DNA of 63,950 nucleotides, the filler included, from Reclinomonas americana ATCC 50394 (Eukaryota), in assembly GCA_048213135.1 (NCBI GenBank). It is 6 parts of 4 records of this genome, joined end to end, with 100 filler letters (N's around TTAATTAATTAA, not from the genome) between each part and the next. Parts side by side here need not be neighbours in the genome. Positions count along the whole stretch, not along the records: positions 41,463 to 57,645 come from PS015229.1; positions 57,746 to 61,494 come from PS015230.1; positions 61,595 to 63,950 come from PS015239.1; 3 more parts are not named here. One strand, 5' to 3'. A program made the position numbers and the translations under genes. Of the stretch, positions 42,190 through 63,950 are shown one piece after another (the stretch's first letter is position 1; the number at the start of each line of letters is the position of its first letter). The notes under the pieces were generated by a model. That model worked only from the letters and a program-made list of their open reading frames with translations. It did not search any database and was not told where the DNA came from.

Positions 42190-45100
42190 AGAGAGAGAGA
42201 GAGAAAGGGTTAGGCGTGTTAGGTGTTGACTTTATCCGTCGCCTAAGTGTGCATAAAGTGTGTCAATGTGCGATTCCAACACACACATACGCACACACAC
42301 ACACACGCACACACACTGTCACACTGCCACACTGCCACACACTGCCACACTCACTGCTGCTTCTGTGCACAGGCGAGACGAAAGCTTGAGAGCGCATTGA
42401 GTGAGCATGGTGAGTGTGGTGTCTCTCTCTCTCTCTTCCACTCTGCTGTTAACCTCTCTGCAGCCAAGGAGGTCAAGTACTTCAAGGAGACGAAGCGCCT
42501 GCGTGCGTCCATGTTGAGCGCGGAAGGTGGCGAGCGACTTGGTGCGGCGCTGGATCGCTCCGAGGCGGAGATGGCCGAGGGAAAGCGCCTGTTGCCGACT
42601 GTCGGAGGGTGCTCTCTCTCTCTTTTTTGTCTCATATGTCTCTGTCTCTTCTCTGCTCATTGTGGGCTGTGCAGGTGGTTTTTCCGGCAGTTCGTGGGCT
42701 ACATGGACGTGCGGCTTCCGGAGCACTCACGTGGTACGCAGTGTGGTGTCTCGTACTGAGACTGTGGACTCTGCTTCTCTCTTTATCACATCTCATCGTA
42801 CTCTTCACCTTTTTTACTACTTTGTGACTTTCGTGAAACGCGACGGTGTTCGCTGAATCATAACACGCCTCGCCCTGTGTCGCCCTCTGCCTTGCTTTTT
42901 CTCTTCTTCTGCTTTGTGGCTTTCGTGAAACACGACGGTGTTGCAGCTTACCTCTCGATCTCTCTCTTTCGTCTTTGACCGTGTCATTGCTTTCTTTTTC
43001 TGCTTTGTGCCTTTCGTAACACGTGACGATGTTCGCTCAATCGCTGCATGCCTCCTTCTCTCTCTCTCTCTTTTGTCTTTACACCTTCTCGTCGCTTTTT
43101 TCTTCTTCTTGTTTGTGGCATGTGTGAAACTGAGGGTGTTCGCTGCCTCTCTCTCTCTCTCTCTCTCTCTGTCTGTCTGACTATCNNNNNNNNNNNNNNN
43201 NNNNNNNNNNNNNNNNNNNNNNNNNNNNNNNNNNNNNNNNNNNNNNNNNNNNNNNNNNNNNNNNNNNNNNNNNNNNNNNNNNNNNNNNNNNNNNNNNNNN
43301 NNNNNNNNNNNNNNNNNNNNNNNNNNNNNNNNNNNNNNNNNNNNNNNNNNNNNNNNNNNNNNNNNNNNNNNNNNNNNNNNNNNNNNNNNNNNNNNNNNNN
43401 NNNNNNNNNNNNNNNNNNNNNNNNNNNNNNNNNNNNNNNNNNNNNNNNNNNNNNNNNNNNNNNNNNNNNNNNNNNNNNNNNNNNNNNNNNNNNNNNNNNN
43501 NNNNNNNNNNNNNNNNNNNNNNNNNNNNNNNNNNNNNNNNNNNNNNNNNNNNNNNNNNNNNNNNNNNNNNNNNNNNNNNNNNNNNNNNNNNNNNNNNNNN
43601 NNNNNNNNNNNNNNNNNNNNNNNNNNNNNNNNNNNNNNNNNNNNNNNNNNNNNNNNNNNNNNNNNNNNNNNNNNNNNNNNNNNNNNNNNNNNNNNNNNNN
43701 NNNNNNNNNNNNNNNNNNNNNNNNNNNNNNNNNNNNNNNNNNNNNNNNNNNNNNNNNNNNNNNNNNNNNNNNNNNNNNNNNNNGTGGCATGTGTGAAACT
43801 GAGGGTGTTCGCTGCCTCTCTCTCTCTCTCTCTCTCTCTCTGTCTGTCTGACTATCTTTCGTCTTTGCACCTTCTCATCGCCGTATTCGTATTCTCTTCG
43901 TGACTTTGTGTAGCGAGAGTGTTCGTCGTTCTCTCCTTCCGCTGACTTCCTCGCTGCTCTTTGCGCTTGTTGTCGCTCTTTTCTTTTCTTCTGCTTTGTG
44001 ATTATCGTGAAACGCGACGGCAATTGCTGTACTATAACACGCCACTCTGTGTCGCCCGCTGCCTTGCTCGTCGCCTTTTTCTTCTTCTGCTTTGTGGCTA
44101 TCGTGAAACGCGAGAGTATTTGCTGCCTCTTTTCTCTCTCGTCGTTGCACCTTCTCGTCGTCTTTTTCTTTTCTGCTTTGTGGTATTGCGTAACCGAGAG
44201 AGTTCTTCCGCTGACTTCCTCACTGCTCTTTGCGCTTATTCTTGAGGTTCGAGATTGTTGCAGCTTGTCTCTCGACTCTTGCATCACTTGCTTCTCTCTG
44301 GGTGTGCCGTGCATTCGCTATCTTGTTGTCTTCCTCTCCGTTTGTTTCTCCCTCCTTCCTCCTCTGCCCTCACTATCTCCGCGCTGCCCGCAGGCTCCGA
44401 GTTCACCAAGAACAAGTTCAAGAACGACTACGTGGACTTCAAGTACACCTTTAGCATCTTCATCTCGGTGTTCTCCATTGTGCTCGTGGTGATCCCGGCG
44501 AGTCGCACGTTGGACTACTTGCATCACTTGGTGTTGGTATGTGTAACGCGCTCCCTTCCTTCGTTTGCCGTGTGTTGAGGGTTACTGACGATTGTCGCAG
44601 GTATACTTTTACGTGACCCTCACGCTCCGCGAGAGCGTGCTGCAGCCGAACGGGAGCGACATCAAACTGTGGTGGACGATTCATCATTACATCTCCACCG
44701 TCATGACGATTATCATCATGACGTGGCCCGGTTCCGACTTGTACTTCCGCTTCCGCCGTCAGTTCTTTGCGTACGGAATCTGCCAGGGTGAGATGAATAG
44801 GCGCACTTACTTGCAGCGCACCCGTCCGTTCTCTCTTAGCCATCTCTCTGCTTCTGCGTCCAACTCTCACGTTCTCCTACTCTCATTGTCTCTCTGCAGA
44901 CTCTCTCATTCTTTCAATCCTTTCGCTCTCCGTCCCTGTTACTTATCTCTGCTATTGTCCTCTTACTCACACACTCTGTACTTGTCTCCCCTCTCTCACG
45001 AATAATGTCTTCGCTCCCTTTCACTTCATTTGTCTCTCTTCCCTCCCTTCCCTCTCTTCCCTCCCTTCCCTCTCTTCCCTCTCTTCCCCTCCCTTCCCTC

Positions 45101-46605
45101 ACTTCCCTCACTTCTCCTCTCTTCCCTCCCTTCCCTCTCTTCCCTCACTTCTCCTCTCTTCCCTCTCTTTCCCTCCCTTCCCTCACTTCCCTGTGTCCCC
45201 TCAGGCATCATCGGACTGCTGCAGGTGCACTACCAGCGGCAGCGCATCTACTCAATGGTGTCACTTGGCAAGGCCAACGACATGGCGGTGCCGGAGGACA
45301 ACTTTGTGCTACGCAAGACCACCTCCATTGAGTTCCTCGTGCCGTTTGTCACCTTTTTGCATGTTGCGTTTTGCACCGTCGTGTCGCTGCTGTGTGTAGT
45401 TGTCCTTGTGTTTCTCACACGCAGTGCTTATTAGTTGTACCAAGCCTACAACAGCTACACGCTGTTCACCTATCACTACTCGTCGGCGGAGCCCGAGTGG
45501 CAGGTGTGTCTGTCTGTTGGCCTCGAACTCTGACTTTGTGTATGTCTGTCTCTCAATCTCTTTCTTCCCTTATGCCATCCTCTTCTCCTATCCTCTTCTC
45601 GCCTTTCCCTCTCCCTGTCTCCCTTTCTCTAACACACTCTGCCCTCCCTGTTCATCTGACTTCCATCCCTGTAACGTCCCCACTGTCCCTCTCCCTCCCT
45701 CTCTTCGCTCTCCCTCTCTCGCTCTCTCCCTCCCTCTCTCTCTCNNNNNNNNNNNNNNNNNNNNNNNNNNNNNNNNNNNNNNNNNNNNNNNNNNNNNNNN
45801 NNNNNNNNNNNNNNNNNNNNNNNNNNNNNNNNNNNNNNNNNNNNNNNNNNNNNNNNNNNNNNNNNNNNNNNNNNNNNNNNNNNNNNNNNNNNNNNNNNNN
45901 NNNNNNNNNNNNNNNNNNNNNNNNNNNNNNNNNNNNNNNNNNNNNNNNNNNNNNNNNNNNNNNNNNNNNNNNNNNNNNNNNNNNNNNNNNNNNNNNNNNN
46001 NNNNNNNNNNNNNNNNNNNNNNNNNNNNNNNNNNNNNNNNNNNNNNNNNNNNNNNNNNNNNNNNNNNNNNNNCTCCTCTCCTCTCCTCTCCTCTCCTCTC
46101 CTCTCTCTCTCTCTCCATCTCGATCTCGATCTCGATCTCCCTCTCCCTCTCCATCTCGATCTCCCTCTGCATCTCCCTCGCTCTCTCCCTTTCCTTTCAT
46201 CCCTCTCCCTCCCCCTCTCCTTCTCCTTTCATCCCTCTCCCTTTTCCTCATCCGTCCTTCCCTTTTCGACAGGTCTCCCTGCTGGCCCTGCTGTGGGGCG
46301 TGGTGAGCGTCGGCAACATCTTCACCACCTACCAGACGCTCTTCCAAAAGAAGCAGCGCGACAAGATGCAGGCCCGCGCCTCTGCCACCTTGTCGTCGTC
46401 TTCGTCATCCTCCTCCTCCTCCGCCGGCAGCGGCAATGGCTCATCGGCGGCGGCGGATGGCGCTGGCCCACGCGCCCGCAAGAAGAATCCCGCGAGCGCA
46501 GCACCGGCACCAGCTCCTGCCGCTCCTGCCGCTGCTGCCGCCGCCGCTCCCGGTGGCAAGCGGGTGGCATTTGAGCAGCGCAACTCGGGCGCCGCCGAGC
46601 AGTAA
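41846..46605 (+). CDS. TMEM120: TMEM120 (TMPIT) family membrane protein
   Basis: N-terminal coiled coil; KFKNDYVDFK, YFYVTLTLRESVLQPNGSDIKLWWTIHHYIS, LQVHYQRQRIY, EWQV, GNIFTT motifs; 8 introns. Confidence 0.9.
42815..44230. repeat. Degenerate intronic repeat (TTCTGCTTTGTG...TCGTGAAACGCGA core) interrupted by an N gap
   Basis: Core recurs near 42820, 42905, 43000, 43990, 44085 and 44170 inside a TMEM120 intron. Confidence 0.75.
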
Positions 46606-46742
46606 GCAGGGCGAATGCCTTCGTATCTCCTCCTCCTCCATCTTCTCATGTCTACTAGCGAGTAACAGAAACCTTTGCCATTGTCTTCATTACACCACCA
46701 CCACATCATCATCATCTTTTTGTTTCAGTATCCGTATGTACA

Positions 46743-57552
<10,810 letters not shown>

Positions 57553-57581
57553 CTGTTCGTGCCGTCAAGTTAGCAAGAGTT

Positions 57582-57645
<64 letters not shown>

Positions 57646-57745
57646 NNNNNNNNNNNNNNNNNNNNNNNNNNNNNNNNNNNNNNNNNNNNTTAATTAATTA
57701 ANNNNNNNNNNNNNNNNNNNNNNNNNNNNNNNNNNNNNNNNNNNN
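57646..57745. other. Artificial scaffold linker
   Basis: N44-TTAATTAATTAA-N44. Confidence 0.97.
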
Positions 57746-58051
57746 GACAACACGGTGTGGACTGTGGTACTGACCAGCAATGTGTCGGATGGCCAGGGCG
57801 GCTTTGTGACGTTCTCGGTGTCGTTCAACTCGACCAAGTATGCGGGCACCACCAGCATCAACAACGGCACCGGCTTGCGCTTCCCGATCCCCAACTCGGC
57901 GTTCAGCAACGGCCCGCTGCCGAGTCCGTTGAAGGCGTCGCTGACCAGCTTCACCGCCAACTACACTCTGTACGGCGTCGCCGGTCCGGCTTCGGCGTCG
58001 TTCAGCACGGCGGGTGCCGACACTGGCGCCTCCGAGCAGGCGCAGGAGTGA
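57746..58051 (+). CDS. 3' fragment of an unknown, probably extracellular beta-rich protein
   Basis: Open frame with strong C/G-ending codon bias and several NxS/T sequons (NVS, NST, NGT, NYT). Confidence 0.55.
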   Translation, partial: DNTVWTVVLTSNVSDGQGGFVTFSVSFNSTKYAGTTSINNGTGLRFPIPNSAFSNGPLPSPLKASLTSFTANYTLYGVAGPASASFSTAGADTGASEQAQE

Positions 58052-58367
58052 GCACCTGCCTCTGCCTCCCCAGCTTTACCGCCCCGCACTGGGTGGCTCA
58101 CCGCGAGGCTACACAACACGGCAGACTCACGTGTTATCTTGCTCTCGCCCTGTCTGTCTGAGCACCGTGCTCGTATGCTTGTGTAAATCTCTCTTGTGTG
58201 CGCCACATCCAAACTGCGAGTAAACTCCCCCTCCCCTTACTTGTGAGAAAAAGCCAGAAAGCAAATGGGTAGACACACTGCAAAGCACACACACACACAC
58301 ACAATTCACGCCGATTGTACTCGCAGTAGATCTTTCCTCACCCACACTCCACACGACCACAATCACC

Positions 58368-61300
58368 TCAGTTGAGCACCCACGCCATGTTGAGCGTCAG
58401 CGCCAGGAACGTGTACAACTCGGCATACTCCTCGATGACCTTGGTGGTCGGCTTGCCAGCTCCGTGGCCAGCCTTGCATTCGACGCGAATAAGCAGCGGT
58501 CGCTCCGGTGTTGACAAGTGACCGGCGGCATGTTGCAGGGCAGCAATGAACTTGTGCGAATGCAACGGCACCACTCGATCGTCGTGGTCCGACGTCATGA
58601 CCAGTGTGGCCGGGTACCGCTGCGCTCGAGTGTTGTGCACGGGCGAATACTTGAGCAGGTAGTGGAACTCATCCTCCTTCTCCGACGACCCGTAATCCGA
58701 CGTCCACTGCCCAGTTTCCCCTCCACCATGTCAACATCACTGACTTTAGCGTGGCGCCTCGGACGCCAAGAGAAAAATCACGCACCGCGTAGCCAATGGT
58801 GAACTTGTGGAAGCGCAACATATCCATGACCCCTACCTGTGGGATGGCGGCGGCAAACAGCTCCGGCGCCTGGTTGATGCACGCACCGACCAGGAGGCCG
58901 CCGTTGGAGCCGCCCTGGATGGCCAGCTTGTCGGGGCAGGTGTACTGCTGATCGATGAGGTGCTTGGCGGCCCACTGGAAGTCGTCGAAAACGTTTTGCT
59001 TGTTCAGCTTCATGCCGGCGCGGTGCCACTCTTCGCCATACTCGCCACTGTTATATACACACGATGTGTAAGTAACTAGTTTGCTTTCTTGAGAGAGTGC
59101 AAAAGGAAGAAAGAATCATGCATCTCACCCTCCGCGAATGTTGGGAATGGCGAGAATGCCGTTGAAGTTTTGCACGACCAAAATCTTGAAGATGCTAAAG
59201 TACGGCGCTGCAGCACATAACCAGTCGAGTGAGCACACACATACAAAGATGGGATGCACTCGGTACACAAGTGTCGCAACTGATGGAAATCATGAAACCT
59301 CCGTAGCCGTACAAGAGGCACGGATTCGTACCGTCGCGCACCATGTTCTTGCGGTGTGTGATGAACATGGGGACACGCGTGCCATCTTTGCTCTCGTAGA
59401 ACACCTGCTCGACCGTGAACTCCGACGATTCCAGCAGGCCGGGGACCTGAAGAAGGAGAGGGCAAGGGAGTTAGGGGGAAGGGAGAAGGGGAAAGGGAGT
59501 GAGGGGAAAGGGAGGGAAGGAGAATGAGAAGGAGAGGAGGAGTAAAGGTGGGTTGACAAGGTAAAGCGGAGGGAGGAGAAAGGTGGGAGAAGTGAGGAGG
59601 AAGCGATAAGCAAGGAAGAGAAAAATGAGAAGGAGAAGGAGAATAGGCGAGACAGGGAGGGGAGGAGGGAAAGAGCGAGAGACGATGAAGAGAAACGATG
59701 GGGAAACAGAGAATGATGAGGAGAGAAAGAAGGGGGAAAACAAAACAGATCGGAGAAGGAGGTAAAAAGGGAGCAGAGGGGGAAAAGAGTCGAGAGGAAA
59801 GACGGGAAAACAGAAACAGAAGAAGAAATAAGCGAGGCGAAAGAAGGGGGGAAAACAAAGTGAGATTGGAGAAGGGAGAAAGAGGAAGGACAATGGAGGT
59901 CCGTGGATCGAGAAGTGAATGGAGAGTGCAGATGAACGAATGATGTGCGAAAACGAGCGCAATATCTGGCTAACTCAAGATGCACCCTTCTCCTGCATCT
60001 CAATCGACAAACCTTGGTCTCATAGTACAACGTCGTGGCAAACGTGTTGAGATCGACGCGATAAATGAGGCCGGGCGAGGTGAACGAGGAGAACTTGAAG
60101 AACATGTCGTCCTCTATGACAAGAAAGTGAGTGATGCGCACAATGTGTTTGTCAAGACACGGCAAGCTATCCCACGCACGATCATGGCGACCGGCCATCT
60201 CCACCACACTGCCCACTGGCGTCTCGAGCGCATGCAGCAGGCTACCGCTGTTCAAGTCGTATACCTTGACGGCCGACTTGCAGTGCTCCAGGTACTCGAT
60301 GATCAATCGATCGTGATGCGCCACAAAGCACGACTCCAACACATGCTCGCACTCCGGCACCACCTCAATCACGTCCACCGCGGGCGCCGCCGCAATGTCG
60401 AAGCGCACGATCTTGGACTTGGGGGCGTTCTTGTTGGTCTTGGCGTAGAACGTGGTGCCGTAGTTCATGAGGTACGACCACTCGGCCTCGAACGTGTCGA
60501 AGATCTTGATAATGTTGCTGGCCGCATGTTGCACTCCGTGTTGCAGGTCGGCCACGTAAAAGTGGTTGACGTGTTCGGTGGACTCGGAGACGGTCAGGAT
60601 GGCGTATTTGCCGTCCTCGGTGACTGGAAGGCGGGCAAAGGGGGGGGGGGGGGAAAGTGAGGGACGTGAACGAAGAAGGGGGAGGGAGGAGAGAGAAGGG
60701 AAGAGATAAGTGAAGGGGAACACATTAGCAAGCACGACTCGGAGAATTGCTCGTTTTTGAAGCAGAGGAAGGCGATTGTAGTTGCAAGATATCTGACTCT
60801 CTCACGAACAGGTCATCATGTTTCGTGGATGACGCGCTGGTTTTGACACTGTCAGCATTCTCATCACGCGTTCTCTCTCACTCTCTCCCTAGTTTTTCAG
60901 ACTGTGAGTCACTCCATCTCTGTACACGCTGTTCTTCTCTCTCTCTCTCTCTGTCAATCACTCCTCTCCTTCACGCACTCTCTCTTGCAACGTGCCACTA
61001 CCTGACTCCGTCTCGCCTTGTTTCAAACCTGACTCTCTTCCACATTCTCCTCTGTGTTGGATCTCTTTCCGTTTCCTGAGTCTGCATCGACATCCCTCTC
61101 CTTCACACTCTCTCCTTTTTTCTCTATCTCACCGCCACTCACCACACGCTCCAAACATCCACTTGGGCTGGTCCGGGCGCTCGTAGAACAAAATGTCCTC
61201 ACTCTGCGGCGTACCGAGACGATGGTAGTACACCTTCTGATTGATGTTGGCGTCCACCTCGGCACTGCCACCACAACCGTGTCAGTCGACTCGTCGCATC

Positions 61301-61494
61301 TCATCCGATTGCAAACTGCACGTACCCACGCTTGTCGTCATCGTGTGTGCTATCCCCGGCCAATGAGGCCGGCGCCGGGTACCGCGAGTAGAAGAATCCG
61401 GCATGGTCGTGGGTCCACGAGAGGCCAGAGAACTTGACCCATTCGAGCTTGTCGGGCAAGTCGGTGGCCGTGGCCACATCACGCACAAACACAG
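58368..61494 (-). CDS. PREP: Prolyl oligopeptidase (S9A), 5' truncated
   Basis: [53 protein letters not shown] (Ser), DHDDRVVP (Asp), KAGHGAGKP (His). Confidence 0.95.
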
Positions 61495-61594
61495 NNNNNN
61501 NNNNNNNNNNNNNNNNNNNNNNNNNNNNNNNNNNNNNNTTAATTAATTAANNNNNNNNNNNNNNNNNNNNNNNNNNNNNNNNNNNNNNNNNNNN
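61495..61594. other. Artificial scaffold linker
   Basis: N44-TTAATTAATTAA-N44. Confidence 0.97.
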
Positions 61595-62008
61595 TGTGAG
61601 TGAGTGAGTGTGTGTGTGAGGGAGTGAGAATGCATTGTGTTCTGTGATTCATGGCATCAATCTCTTGTTTCACTAAGAGGATTACTGCACTGCTTGTTAT
61701 GTGCGTGTGGGAGAGAAGGGGAAGATAGAGTTGACTCAGTCAGCGCGGACTCATCTGCGATCATGATCGATCACTGGTAGATGCTCGATGTTGTGTATGC
61801 ATGTTACCCTCCATCCCTCCATCCCTCCATCCCTCGCTCCCTCTCTCCCCCCTTCTTTGTCTCTCCGAGTGGCTTGTTCAGTCCAGTAATTGTCATATTC
61901 TTGTGTGATTCGAATTCTTGTTTCACGGCGCTTTGATGTCGTCTGAATGTGTGTGGGCATTGGTGACGTAGTGTCGGATTGGAGGAATTCCTGCATGCTT
62001 GCTGTCAG

Positions 62009-63010
62009 ACCTCCGGATCCGGCTGTGTGTCTTTTTTGCGTGTCTCTGTGAGCGCGAGTTTCATGGGGAGCAGCCACGTCGTGGTTTTCCGCGCGTTCTA
62101 CGTGGATGGTACCGTCGACAAGACGACGACATCCTGCCGTATCCCAGCTCGTGACACACAAGCGTTTGAGGCTACTTTGAACAAATCCTTGGTCACTCCG
62201 GGACTGCAGCGGCTGGAGCTTCGCTGTGCGTCTGACAGCGCGCGGTTCGTCAGAATTCATCTGCTCTCTGGTCATCTACCGTCTCCCTAACGCGTGACTA
62301 CAATGCAGGGCGGTGATGTCGAAGATGGCACAAATCTATCGCCCGGTTGCGGACGAGGTTCTCCTCAAGAAGAACAGCTCGTGGGTACTTCGCACTAAGA
62401 ATGCATTGAAAAACAAGATGGCTCCACTTGTCACGCTGCCCGACAAATCGTGGAGCTCGAGGGGCGTCTACGCTATGGTTGAAGACTTCAAGTCTGTCCA
62501 GTGCAACTTTTTGAACGCGGAGAACAATCCAGCCAAGGCGTCGGCCGCGTGGGAGGATGACGGCAGACACTTCCTGTACATCAATTTCCACTTTGTTGAC
62601 CAGCCAATTGCGGTGAGTGCTCTATGAATGTGCGCGTTGCATGCATGCATGAATTATTCCTCATTCTTCGCGGACATTCTCAGCCGTCAGTTCCTGCAAA
62701 GGTGATAACATACGCACTGGACATTCCAGCACCGGACCTGCCGCCGCCAGTTGACGGCGAAGAAGTGTGCCAGTCTACTGTCGTCAGTGTCCCACTGCGC
62801 ATGCGGCAGTCATCACCGAAAGCGGCTGCCTCGATGCCGGTGCCCTCGAAAGACTTGAGTGGCTACCGCCGCAGCTGCGAGTTCAACGCTCCGCGCAATG
62901 GTGCGAATTGGCTGCCTGCGCAGCCACGATCGCTTACGGTGTCATACACTGATCCAGACAGCACCTTCACTGACCACAGTGAGCTTGATGATGACCATGG
63001 CCAGCTGTGA
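62009..63010 (+). CDS. Uncharacterised spliced gene; boundaries uncertain
   Basis: Three consecutive ORFs can be joined in frame by GT-AG introns (...SDSAR|AVMSKM...DQPIA|PSVPAK...); no family recognised. Confidence 0.45.
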
Positions 63011-63950
63011 TCGGCATACTGCACCTGTTCCGGACGTTGCATCCGAGCTTTGCAACTGCGACGTCGATGTCGTGGCCTGCTTTAGCAAACTTTGCATATT
63101 TGCGTGTGCCCACTCTCTCTCTCTTTCTTTCTTTTTCTCTTTATTTTCCCTCATATCCGCACCAGCGCGAGTGGATCCAGTTTATCGAGCAAGAGAATGT
63201 GCGGACTCCTGATCTGTTTGTTTCCTTTTTTTCTTGTTCCTAATTTTCCAGATCCACTCTTTTCCCCCTTCATCTTCCCCGCTATTATCGCTGCACACAG
63301 CTGGTAAATGTTGCGATGGAGAACTGAAAAATGCGCCTCATGACCACCAGGAATGCAAGAACCGATTACTTCACGAATCAAGATACCAATATTGCGGATA
63401 TGAACCATTCCGCGCGCTGCAATGCAGGCTTCAGCAATCGCATGATACGTACCCAGAACATTGGGCATAGTCTTATCGCGGTGCGGACCGCTGGCCAGGC
63501 TAGAAAAATCCCACTGCTGCATCTCTGCATCTCTGCAGAGACAACTGCACTTCCCTCTCCCCCAGTCGCCTTCCCATCCCCCGCCTCCGCCAACCAGATT
63601 CTCCCGCACCCACCTCCACCGTCCACCACCTGGCAAGCCCTCAAAATAGCCCCCTCGCCCTCCAACACCCGTGAGTCCACATTTAGCTCCTTTCCGGCCT
63701 CGATAAGATTCGAAATTTCCTTTCTTCTCACCACTTTTTTTTTGCTACACGCTCTTCCCAGTTCGCTGTGTCCTCCAACTCTAAGGGTTAAAGTTGAGAG
63801 CGCACACAGCACACACACACACCCACACACATGCCCCTATCTATCAGCGCTCGTCTTCGTCTCCATGTGAATGTGTTGTTTTTCTTTTTGCGCGACATGA
63901 CATGCGCATGTGCATGTGCACTCACTTACTCACGCCCCCCCCCCCCTCTC

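Noticed and set aside
43114-43855. ~70-bp direct repeat on both sides of an N gap
   Set aside because: Probably overlapping contig ends or a collapsed intronic repeat rather than LTRs or a target-site duplication.
63010-63950. Short ORFs and possible exons at the window end
   Set aside because: Several incompatible splice paths and no recognisable product.

Overview
Eukaryotic (protist-like) nuclear DNA: GC-rich exons, many short (~55-100 nt) GT-AG introns, and longer introns full of microsatellites. The window is not contiguous. Five artificial 100-bp linkers (44 N + TTAATTAATTAA + 44 N) split it into six unrelated scaffolds, so adjacency across linkers is meaningless. Recognisable genes after manual splicing: a large secreted GGA-motif beta-helix (Pmp/pectin-lyase-like) protein and a paralogous fragment; a tandem array of at least five intronless 7-repeat WD40 genes; a divergent WD40 gene; a bacterial-type AAA-ATPase-like + PD-(D/E)xK nuclease gene with introns; an unknown membrane protein; a degenerate GGCT-fold protein; methylcrotonyl-CoA carboxylase alpha; a BRM/BRG1-type SNF2 ATPase; a CYTH/TTM3 enzyme; TMEM120; a giant TM + coiled-coil protein; and prolyl oligopeptidase. 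The two most interesting observations are: (1) a diversifying, repeat-shuffling WD40 family whose members, including a distant paralogue on another scaffold, share a C-terminal module I do not recognise (EVxAARxA...acidic...LxxxVLRCFxVExAEA), possibly an E3-ligase adaptor or immune-sensor system; and (2) about 27 inferred introns with a GTTGCG 5' splice site, the common GTGCG donor shifted by one base and almost always lacking exonic -1G. All gene models were spliced by eye; no database search was run.
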